Positions 1 to 8,549 of a stretch of DNA of 64,000 nucleotides are shown here, in pieces (position 1 is the first letter of the stretch; each line of letters opens with the position of its first letter). This DNA is from Alphaproteobacteria bacterium. Its GTDB lineage: Bacteria > Pseudomonadota > Alphaproteobacteria > UBA828. The notes below the pieces were generated by a model. The model was not told where the DNA came from and did no database searches. It saw only the letters and a list, made by a program, of their open reading frames with translations. A program made the position numbers and the translations under genes. The stretch covers positions 2,720,001 to 2,784,000 of the forward strand of contig CBDCCI010000002.1 of the NCBI GenBank assembly GCA_965214705.1, read 5' to 3'.

Positions 1-1173
1 GGTGAAGCCGCCCCAGCCCCACTGGTTCTTCAACTCGTCGAAGCCGTTCTCCGCGTCCGCCCGATCCCGGTAGAGCTGGGCGATCGAGAGAACCTCCAGA
101 TCCAGAGACGTCGCCAGAACCGCAAACTCCCACACCTTGGTGCCAGGCTGCGCGTCGGCCCAGAAGAGATCGCCCTGACCGTCGTCTGCGCGCGTCAGCG
201 CCACCGTCCCGGGAAGCCGACGGCGCAGCACCACCACGCGACGCGTCCGGCTCCAGCCATGCAAGCGAAGCTCGGCCTCGATCCCCGACCAGCCCGGGCC
301 CGCGTCCGTCCACTCGTCCCGCGTCATCAGGCACTCGGCAAGCCGGCGCGCGCCCTTGGTCAGGCGCAGCTTGAACAGATAGTCGAGACCCGCCCCCTCG
401 CACGACGCCATGTTGCCCTCGTTGCCCCAGTCCTTGTCGCCCCGTACGAGCCGCGGCCAGTTCTCACGGCCGAGGCGGTCGAGCAAGGCCCACAGCGAAG
501 GCGCCGCGTTCTTCGAGTGGTGACGGTTCCCGGGCGCGACATCGACGTCCAGAACAAGGCGCGTGCCCGCCATCAGGAACGCATGGTAGGCATGCGACGG
601 ACGGCCCGGCTTCTTCGGGTTGTAGCTCACCACAGCCCCCTCCTGGTGGCCGTAGAGCGGCTTGATCGTTGTGTCGCAATCCAGAACCCACGGCTCGCTC
701 AGCAAGGGCCGCGCCGTGTCGTCGAGATGGCCGTGCAGCCAGGAAGCGCCGTCCTCCGCGTCGATCCGTCCCAGGCCGCGCCGAACCGAGTCCTCGCTCG
801 CCACCTTGGTCATGCCCAACAGCGACGGATTGACGCCGTCGCCGCGCAGCGCCGTGATGTGCGCGTAGCGCCAGTGTCCTGCGAGGGCCGACAGCATCAC
901 CGTCCCCAGCACGTCCCGCTTCGAGGGCGCGTTCGGGCTCGTGTAGTGCAGCGGGCAGTCCGCCACCAGCGCGTCGAAGCGGCCGCTGACTTTCAGGTAT
1001 TCGGCGAAGAACACCAGATGACCCAGCGGTGTGGCCGCCGCATCCGGGTCCCATTCGACGTGGACGGTGCCGCCGAAGGTGTCCACCTTCACGGCCTCTC
1101 GGGCGAGCTCCCGCGCAGTGCTGGGACCATCACCCGCAGGGTGAGCCTCAAGGGCCTGTTTCGATTCGCTCAT
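1..1173 (-). CDS. IS1380-family transposase, runs off the window start
   Basis: Manual translation from ATG 1173 gives MSESKQALEAHPAG..VDTFGGTVHVEWDP..TPLGHLVFFAEYL, and near base 1 QLYRDRADAENGFDELKNQWGWGGFT. Absent from the ORF track because there is no stop in the window. Confidence 0.85.
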   Translation of the reverse strand, partial: MSESKQALEAHPAGDGPSTARELAREAVKVDTFGGTVHVEWDPDAAATPLGHLVFFAEYLKVSGRFDALVADCPLHYTSPNAPSKRDVLGTVMLSALAGHWRYAHITALRGDGVNPSLLGMTKVASEDSVRRGLGRIDAEDGASWLHGHLDDTARPLLSEPWVLDCDTTIKPLYGHQEGAVVSYNPKKPGRPSHAYHAFLMAGTRLVLDVDVAPGNRHHSKNAAPSLWALLDRLGRENWPRLVRGDKDWGNEGNMASCEGAGLDYLFKLRLTKGARRLAECLMTRDEWTDAGPGWSGIEAELRLHGWSRTRRVVVLRRRLPGTVALTRADDGQGDLFWADAQPGTKVWEFAVLATSLDLEVLSIAQLYRDRADAENGFDELKNQWGWGGFT

Positions 1174-1231
1174 GCCCCTAGCCTACAAGGCTTTTTCGTG
1201 ATCGGCCCCGAAACCAACTGCGGGATTTAGG
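1..1231 (-). mobile_element. IS1380-like element, one end visible
   Basis: Terminus CCTAAATCCCGCAGTTGG (minus strand) at 1231; decarboxylase coding sequence resumes mid-codon at 1232. Confidence 0.7.
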
Positions 1232-2264
1232 ATCAATGCACCTGGCTGGTCGCGAGCGGCCCCAGCCAGCTGGAGCTGGTCGTCATCGACTGGTTCAGGC
1301 GTTGGCTCGGCTATCCGGAGGGCGCGGGCGGGCTCTTCACCAGCGGCGGCTCGGCGGCGAGCGTCGACGCCTTCGTCGCGGCGCGCGAGGCGGCGGGCCA
1401 CCCCGAACGCGCCACTGTCTACATGAGCGACCAGAGCCACAGCGCGCTCTCCCGCGCGGCGATGATCGTGGGCGTCCGCCGCGAGCGCATTCGCATGATT
1501 CCGAGCGACGCGGACTTCCGCATGGACATGGATGCCCTCGCCAGCGCCGTGGCCGCAGACCGCGACGCCGGCCTTAGCCCCATCGCGGTCGCCGCCAACG
1601 CCGGCACGGCGGGCACGGGCGCCATCGACCCACTTGAGGAGATGGCCGACTTCTGCGCGGCGGAAGGCCTCTGGCTGCATGTCGACGCCGCCTACGGCGG
1701 CTTCGCGGTGGTGACCGAGCGCGGCAAGCGGCTTCTCCGCGGCATCGAACGCGCCGATTCGGTCGGGCTGGATGCGCACAAGTGGCTCTTCCAGCCCTAT
1801 GAAGCGGGCTGCCTGCTGGTTAAGGACGAGAATACGCTCACGAACGCCTTCGGGGTCCGGCCCGACATCCTTCAGGACACGGTATGGGGAGCAAACCATC
1901 CCAACTTCTCGAACCTCGGCCTGCAGCTGAGCCGCTCGGTTCGTGCGCTGAAGGTCTGGATGTCGGTCCAGACCTTCGGCATGGCGGCGTTCCGGCGCGC
2001 TGTCGAGACGGGGATGCAGCTGGCCGAGACGGCGGAAGAGTACATCCGTGAGAGTCCAGTCCTGGAAGCCACAAGTACGCCGACGCTGGGGATCGTGTGC
2101 TTCCGGGTCAATCCGTCTGACGATGAACTCGACGAGGCGGTACTGGACAAGGTCAACAGGACGGTCCTCGCCCGCATGTTCTGGGATAATCCTGCGTTCA
2201 TGTCGTCAATGCTGCTGCACGGGACGTTCACGCTCAGGATGTGCATCATCAACCACACCACGAC
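1232..2264 (+). pseudogene. PLP-dependent group II (aromatic-L-amino-acid-like) decarboxylase, copy 1, central fragment
   Basis: QCTWLVASGPSQLE..FTSGGS..LHVDAAYGG..DAHKWLF..LRMCIINHTT. The 5' part is cut off by the IS1380 and the 3' part is displaced to 40756. Confidence 0.9.
2254..2264 (+). repeat. Left 11-bp direct repeat (attL-like core or target duplication) CACACCACGAC
   Basis: Identical to 40756-40766; decarboxylase homology stops exactly after it. Confidence 0.9.
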
Positions 2265-2427
2265 GCGCACCTACGGTGCTAATCTACTGATAAAGCGTTG
2301 CTTTTTTCCTCCTGCTTTGGCCGATGGCCGCGGAATCGGTCCCCGATTTCGCCCCGGCTGCAACGCAGCGCAGGAGGAATATCAATGGCGACGCTTCGCC
2401 TCAACCAACGCCGCGTCGACGCGCTCA
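2265..2427 (+). repeat. 163-bp imperfect inverted repeat, copy A (element end, leader, RBS and first 14 integrase codons)
   Basis: Ungapped match to the reverse complement of 6911-7073, about 26 mismatches by manual count. Confidence 0.9.
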
Positions 2428-2753
2428 AGCCCCGCAAGTCCGCCTACGACGTGCGCGACCGCGATCTCAAGGGCTTCGGCGTAAGGGTCCTGCCCTCGGG
2501 CGCCAAGCGCTACTTCGTCCATACCCAGCACCAGGGCCGGCGGGTCTGGAAGATCGTCGGCCAGGCCGGGGCCATCGGCGCCGACGAGGCCCGCGACCGG
2601 GCCAGGACCCTGGTGGCCTCGCTCCGCAAGGGCGACGGCGGCGAAGCCGCGGCGGCGCCGGACATCCCGTTCGAGACGGTCGCCGATGAAGTCTTGCGCC
2701 GCTACGCCCGGAACTGGAAGCCGTCCACGCTCAAGGTCAACCGCTACTACTAC

Positions 2754-4956
2754 CAGGGCGAATTTGTCCAAGCCTGATTTTTGAGTTCTGCGCTACGAGT
2801 TGACCTTGGGTCTGGTCAGCGCGCGCCAACCCTGCTATGGATTGAGGCGACTGGATTCGCGGTGTTCTGCTGCGGATCGGCTTCGAGCAGGGGGACGGTT
2901 TCTACGGTGGATCTTTCCGAGGTCGATGTCGCTGCTGTCCGGCCGGAGGACGAGGCCCGGTTCCGCGCGCTGATGGAGGGGCATCACTACCTGGGTGCGT
3001 CTGCGAAGGTGGGGGCGACGGCGTGGTACGTCGCCCATCGGCGCGGCGAGTGGCTGGCGCTGGCCGTGTTTTCGGCTGCGGCGCGCAAGTGCCGGGCGCG
3101 GGACGAGTGGATCGGCTGGGACTTCCGCACGCAGCACGGGCGGCTGCATCTGATCGCGAACAACGCGCGCTTCCTGATCCTGCCGGGACGGGGTGTTCCG
3201 AACCTCGGCTCGCGGGTGCTGGGGCTTTGCGCGCGGCGCTTGGCGCGCGACTGGCCGGCCCGCTTCGGCCACCCCGTGCTGATGCTGGAAACATTCGTGG
3301 ACGCGGCGAGGTTCCGGGGCACGGTCTACCGGGCGGCTGGATGGCTGGCGGTCGGCCAGACCCGCGGCTTCCGGCGCCACCGCTCGGGCTATGTCGCCGG
3401 CTCGACGCCGAAGCTTGTGCTGCTGCGCCCCCTGGTTCCCGACGCCTGCCGCCGGCTGTCCGCTGCCGGGCTGGATCGGGAGTTGTGGAAGAAAGGAGTT
3501 CCGAGAACCATGATCAGCGCCGCTCAGCAAGAGTCGCTCTACGCCTACTTCAAGGACATCGACGACCCCCGCACGCGCAAGGGACGGCGGCATTCGCTGC
3601 CCAGCGTGCTCGCGCTTGCGAGTGGCGCGACGCTCTGCGGCATGCGAGGCTGGAAGGCCATCTCCGAGTGGGTCGACGATCTCGGCGAGAAGGCGCTGGC
3701 CCGCTTCGGCGTGCGGCTGCGCGACGGGGTGCGCCGGCCGCCTTCGATGTCGACCATCCGCAATGTGGTGATCCGGGTGGACCCGGACCAGTTGGACGAG
3801 GCGTTGCGCAAGTGGCAGGAGGCCCACGGCTCAGGCGACGCGGCGCTTGCCATCGACGGCAAGACCCTGAGGGGGGCCATCGACGAGGACGGGACCCAGG
3901 CTCATGTCATGAGCGCGGTCGGGCACGAGACCAAGGCCACGCTCGCCCAAAAAAACTTCTCCTGAAAGTCGGGGCCGACGAGGAGACAAAGCGCACCAAC
4001 GAGATCGGCACCGTGACGGCGCTGGTGGACCTGATCCCGAACATCGCGGGCAAGACGGTCACGACGGACGCGCTGCTAACCCAGCGCAAGTTCGCCCGCT
4101 ACCTGCTCGACCGGGGCGCGCACTTCATGTTCATCGTGAAAGGGAACCAGAAGACCATGCGGGACGATGTGACGCTGCTCTTCGAAGAGGCGCCGGAGCG
4201 TGAGCCCGACTTCGAGGAGGAGGCCGCGCTGTCGCACGGACGCATCGAGCAGCGGGCAATCTGGACGAGCACGGAGTTGAACGGCTTTCTCGACTTCCCG
4301 GGCGTCGGCCAGGTCTTCATGATCGAGCGCTCCCGCCAGGACAAGAAGACCGGCGAGACCGGCACCGAGACCGCCTACGGGATCTCCAGCCACACGCCCG
4401 GCACGGCCAACGCGCAGAGCCTGCTCGCCCTCAACCGCGGCCACTGGTGCATCGAGAACAGCTCGCACCACTGCCTCGACTGGACCTGGGACGAGGACCG
4501 CAGCCGCATACGCACAGGCTTCGGCCCCGAGAACATGACCCGCCTGCGGCGCTTCGCCATCGGCCTGATCAAGGGCCGGGGGCTCGAGGTCGCCTCGACC
4601 GTGCGCAGGCTCGCCCGCAACGTCCGCGCCGTCCTCGACTTCCTGAAAATGACCGGGAACACCCAGCCGAGGACCGCAAAGCGCGCCGCGCCGGCCTGAA
4701 CCCCGGCGCCCGGCAAGCCGGGCGCAAAGATCGTACCTGCCCTCGCTCCCGACCACGCCGGTGGCGCGATCCATCATGTCGGGGCACCGCCAAATCGCGA
4801 CGGCACCGCCCGCACCGCCCACACGGTAATGCCAGAACCCTCTGACCGAACCGGATGCTCGGCCAGACCCCGCCGCAAACCCCGCAACAAAGCCGATCCG
4901 CACAACCCGTGGCCAGAACTCAACTGCCTACCAGCCGCTTGGACAAATTTGCCCTG
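2754..4956 (+). mobile_element. ISAs1-family IS, 2203 bp
   Basis: Terminal IRs CAGGGCGAATTTGTCCAAGC / GCTTGGACAAATTTGCCCTG; 10-bp target duplication CTACTACTAC (2744-2753, 4957-4966). Confidence 0.92.
2907..4699 (+). CDS. DUF4338(DruA-like)-fused ISAs1 transposase with probable -1 frameshift at the A7 run 3949-3955
   Basis: ORF1 has HHYLG..RDEWIGW..NNARFLILP..ETFVD..GTVYRAAGW, then DDPRTRKGRRH..AIDGKTLRG. The -1 frame continues KRTNEIGT..TTDALLTQ..VKGNQ..HGRIE..RGHWCIEN. Start codon uncertain. Confidence 0.8.
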
Positions 4957-5725
4957 CTACTACTACCGGAACCAGATACTACCCTGGTTCAAAGGACGCT
5001 CCATCGCCGGCATCGCCGCAACCGACGTACAGTGCTGGTTTGCATCCCTTCACGAGACCCCCGTGTCGGCCGACCGCTCGGCCCCCGTGCTCTCGGTCAT
5101 CATGCGCCAGGCCGAAGTCTACGGCTACCGGCCGGAGGGGACCAATCCGTGCGCGGGCATCAAGCGCTATCGGCGCCAAGGGCGGGAGCGCTTCCTGTCC
5201 ACCGCCGAGATAGGCCGGCTGGGCGAGGTGCTGGCACGCCACGAGGCGGACCAGCCGCAGGCCGTGGCGATCGTACGGCTGCTCCTGCTCACCGGTTGCC
5301 GGGCAGGCGAGATCGTCTCCCTGAAATGGCGCGACTACCGCGAGGGCAAGCTGTTCCTGCGCGACTCCAAGTCCGGTCCGCGCACGGTCTGGCTCTCGTC
5401 TGCCGCGTGCGCGGTCCTCGACGGCCTTCCCCGCAAGGCAACCTGGATCTTCCCCTCGCCGCACAGGGACAGCTGTCTGTCCGGAGCGACGGTCACTCGT
5501 GTCTGGCATTCCGTGAGGGCGGAAGCGGACCTGCGCGACGTCCGCCTTCACGATTGCCGGCACTCGTACGCCAGCATGGCGCTCGCGCAAGGCGAGACGG
5601 TCCTGACCATCGGCCGGCTGCTCGGACACCGCGATCCGGCGACGACGCTGAAGTACATCCATCTGTCCGACACCATGGTGCGCGAGGCCGTCGACATGGT
5701 CGGCGCTGCCTTGGAGGGCTGACAC

Positions 5726-6913
5726 ATGGCCGCGAGGAGGCGGCGTCTGACCGACGCCAGCGTGGCCCGGCTGATGCCGGCGGCCCGGGAGTACACGGTC
5801 TGGGACACGCGGCAGGCGGGTCTCGGCGTGCGGGTCCGTCCGTCGGGGCACCGCAGCTTCGTGTATTGCCGGAAGGGCGACGGCGGCGCGCGCAGGATCA
5901 CGCTGGGACCTGCCGCGGTGACGGGCGTCGAGGAGGCGCGCGCGCGGTGCCTGGATATCGAGACCGGAGCGCGGTCCGGCGGGCCGGAACGCGGAGCGGT
6001 GCCGACGTTCGGCAAGTTCGCCGCGGGACCGGGCAAGGCGTGTTTCGAGCGGGGCAAGCCGTCCACGCGAGAGGCCCAGGCCAGGGTCGTCGCCGCGCGC
6101 CTGCTTCCGGCCTTCGGCTCCCTGCCGCTCGACCGGATCGACCGGGCCGGCGTGACCCGCTGGTTCGACGAATACAGCCGCACCGCGCCGGGCGGGGCCA
6201 ATGAGGCACTGGGTCTGCTCTGTCGAATCCTGAACCATGCGATCGTCTGCGGCCATCTCCGGTCGAACCCGGCCCGGGGCATCAAGCGGAACCCCAGGCC
6301 GAAGCTCACGCGCTTCCTGTCGCGCGGGGAGATCCGCCGCCTTCACCGCGAGCTGGATCGTTACGCCGGCGCGCGGCCGTCGCGCGCGCGGCAGGCGGAC
6401 ATCATCCGCCTGCTGCTGCTGACCGGCTGCCGCAAGAGCGAGATCCGGACCCTGCGCTGGCGGGACGTGGACGGGGACACGCTCAATCTGGCCGACGCCA
6501 AGACCGGCCCGAGACGGGTTTTCCTCAATGCGCCGGCCCGCGCCATCGTGGAACGGCAGCCGCGATCCGGGAGTGCCCTCGTCTTCCCCTCGCCGATCGA
6601 CCCGGGTAGGCCACTGTGCTCCGACTTGCCGCTCTGGTACTCGGTGCGCAGGGAGGTCGGGGTCGAGGACGTGCGAATTCATGACCTTCGGCATACGTTC
6701 GCCAGCCACGCCGTGCTGCAAGGCGTCCCACTACCCGTTGTCTCGCGCCTGCTCGGCCACAAGCACCCGAGCATGACGCTTCGCTACGCGCACGTCGGCG
6801 ACCGCGAGACCGAGGCGGCGGCGGAGCGCATCGGCGCGGCCATCGCGCAGGCGCTGGGACTGGGCACTCAACTGCACCCCTCGGATGCGTCGAGCGGCAG
6901 CTCGTCCGGGTGA
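5726..6913 (+). CDS. Tyrosine recombinase 2 with N-terminal arm-binding-type domain
   Basis: RLTDASV..VWD..GLGVRVRPSG; catalytic LTGCR, DAKTG, IHDLRH, LGH, RYAH. Starts 3 bp after the recombinase 1 stop. Confidence 0.93.
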   Translation: MAARRRRLTDASVARLMPAAREYTVWDTRQAGLGVRVRPSGHRSFVYCRKGDGGARRITLGPAAVTGVEEARARCLDIETGARSGGPERGAVPTFGKFAAGPGKACFERGKPSTREAQARVVAARLLPAFGSLPLDRIDRAGVTRWFDEYSRTAPGGANEALGLLCRILNHAIVCGHLRSNPARGIKRNPRPKLTRFLSRGEIRRLHRELDRYAGARPSRARQADIIRLLLLTGCRKSEIRTLRWRDVDGDTLNLADAKTGPRRVFLNAPARAIVERQPRSGSALVFPSPIDPGRPLCSDLPLWYSVRREVGVEDVRIHDLRHTFASHAVLQGVPLPVVSRLLGHKHPSMTLRYAHVGDRETEAAAERIGAAIAQALGLGTQLHPSDASSGSSSG

Positions 6914-7073
6914 GCGCATCGACCCGGCGCTCGGTGAGGCGAACCGTCGCCATTGACATTCCTCCTGCTTTCCGTTGCAGCCGGGGCGAATTCGTGGACC
7001 GATTCCGTGTGTTCCGGCCAAGTCAGGAGGAAAAAAGCAACGCTAAGTCAGTATATTAGAGCCGTAGGTGCGC
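6911..7073 (-). repeat. 163-bp imperfect inverted repeat, copy B (encodes only MATVRLTERRVDAL)
   Basis: Reverse complement of 2265-2427; overlaps the TGA of recombinase 2. Confidence 0.9.
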
Positions 7074-7107
7074 CGAACACACACGACAATACAGGCGATG
7101 TGTTCTT

Positions 7108-8538
7108 CTACATCGCCTCTAGCCCGAATCGCTCGACCGCTTCGAGCGTCTCACGAACGTCGTCCCACGATGTGGTGTGGTTGATGATGCACATCCTGAG
7201 CGCGAACGTTCCACGCAGCATCGTCGACGACATGAACGCCGGATCGTCCCAGAACATGCGGGCGAGCACGGTCCTGTTGACCTTTTCCAGCACTTCCTCG
7301 TCGAGGTCAGCGCCCGCCGGATTGACCCGGAAGCACACGATGCCCAGCGTCACCGTGTTCAGGGACTCCAGGACCGAACTCGCGCGGACGTACTCTTCAG
7401 CCTGGGTGGAAAGTTCCATCCCTCTGGCGACCGCACGCCGAAACGCCGCCATCCCGAAGGTCTGAACCGACATCCAGACCTTGAGGGCGCGAACCGAGCG
7501 GCTCAGCTGCAGGCCGAGATTGGAAAAATTGGGGTGGTTCGCCCCCCAGACCGTGTCCTGAAGAATATCGGGTCGGACCGCGAATGCATCCGCGAGCGTG
7601 CTCTCGTCCTTCACAAGCAGGCAGCCCGCCTCGTAGGGCTGGAAGAACCACTTGTGCGCATCCAGTCCGACCGAATCGGCGCGTTCGATTCCGCGGAGAA
7701 GCCGCTTGCCGCGCTCGGTCACCACGGCGAAGCCGCCGTAGGCGGCGTCGACATGCAGCCAGAGGCCTTCCGCCGCGCAGAAGTCTGCCATCTCCTCCAG
7801 CCTATCGATGGTCCCTGTGCCGGTCGTGCCGGCGTTGGCGGCGACCGCGATAGGGCTGAGGCCGGCGTCGCGGTCTGCGGCCACAGCGCGAGCGAGGGCA
7901 GCCATGTCCATGCGGAAGTCCGCGTCGCTCGGAATCATGCGGATGCAGTCGCGCCGAATGCCGACGATGAACGCTGCGCGGGAAAGGGCGCTGTGGCTCT
8001 GGTCGCTCATGTAGACAGTGGCGCGTTCGGGGTGGCCCGCCGCCTCGCGCGCCGCAACGAAGGCGTCGACGCTGGCAGCCGAGCCGCCGCTGGTGAAAAG
8101 GCCGCCCGCGCCCTCCGGGTAGCCAAGCCAACGCCTGAACCAGTCGATGACGACCAGTTCCAGCTGGCTAGGCCCGCTTGCAACCAGCCACGTACTTTGG
8201 TTGATGTGATAGCCGGCGGCCGCGAAGTCGGCCACCACGCCGGGCCAGGTGGGCGACGACGGGATGAAGCCGAAGCAGCGTGGATGATCAAGACGTGTGG
8301 CGTAGGGGAGAATGTCGCGCGCCGCCCGCTCGATCACCTCTTCTGCGGACCTCCCGTCCTCTGGCGGGTCCTCGAGCAGCTGGTCTTCGAGGACCTGCCG
8401 GAACTCACCCTCCCAGGCATTCTCTCCCGGCAGGCTCTCGATCCGCTCTACCACGAGCTCAAGCGCCTTTTGCCCGAGGTCGAGCATCTGCTCACGCGAC
8501 ATCTGGAGTTCGGCAGCCGCCTGCGCGTCAAGATCCAC
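7108..8538 (-). CDS. PLP-dependent group II (aromatic-L-amino-acid-like) decarboxylase, copy 2
   Basis: HPRCFGFIP, FTSGGS, HVDAAYGG, DAHKW (PLP lysine). Close paralog of copy 1. The native start may be TTG at 10662, separated by IS1634. Confidence 0.9.
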   Translation of the reverse strand: MDLDAQAAAELQMSREQMLDLGQKALELVVERIESLPGENAWEGEFRQVLEDQLLEDPPEDGRSAEEVIERAARDILPYATRLDHPRCFGFIPSSPTWPGVVADFAAAGYHINQSTWLVASGPSQLELVVIDWFRRWLGYPEGAGGLFTSGGSAASVDAFVAAREAAGHPERATVYMSDQSHSALSRAAFIVGIRRDCIRMIPSDADFRMDMAALARAVAADRDAGLSPIAVAANAGTTGTGTIDRLEEMADFCAAEGLWLHVDAAYGGFAVVTERGKRLLRGIERADSVGLDAHKWFFQPYEAGCLLVKDESTLADAFAVRPDILQDTVWGANHPNFSNLGLQLSRSVRALKVWMSVQTFGMAAFRRAVARGMELSTQAEEYVRASSVLESLNTVTLGIVCFRVNPAGADLDEEVLEKVNRTVLARMFWDDPAFMSSTMLRGTFALRMCIINHTTSWDDVRETLEAVERFGLEAM

Positions 8539-8549
8539 CTCGGACTTGA

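Larger units (their letters stand above)
2385..5722 (+). pseudogene. Tyrosine recombinase 1 with N-terminal arm-binding-type domain, interrupted by ISAs1
   Basis: 2385-2753 plus 4967-5722 rejoin in frame (..KVNRYYY|RNQILPWF..), 374 aa. Catalytic LTGCR, DSKSG, LHDCRH, LGH, LKY; AGGAGG RBS. Confidence 0.9.

Noticed and set aside
259-1230. 323-aa plus-strand ORF
   Set aside because: Antisense shadow of the IS1380 transposase.
1423-2484. Intact 353-aa decarboxylase
   Set aside because: It lacks the N-terminal third, and its C-terminus after INHTT is element sequence.
2907-3510. Druantia defence system
   Set aside because: The DUF4338-like domain lies within IS ends and no DruE helicase or partner genes are present.
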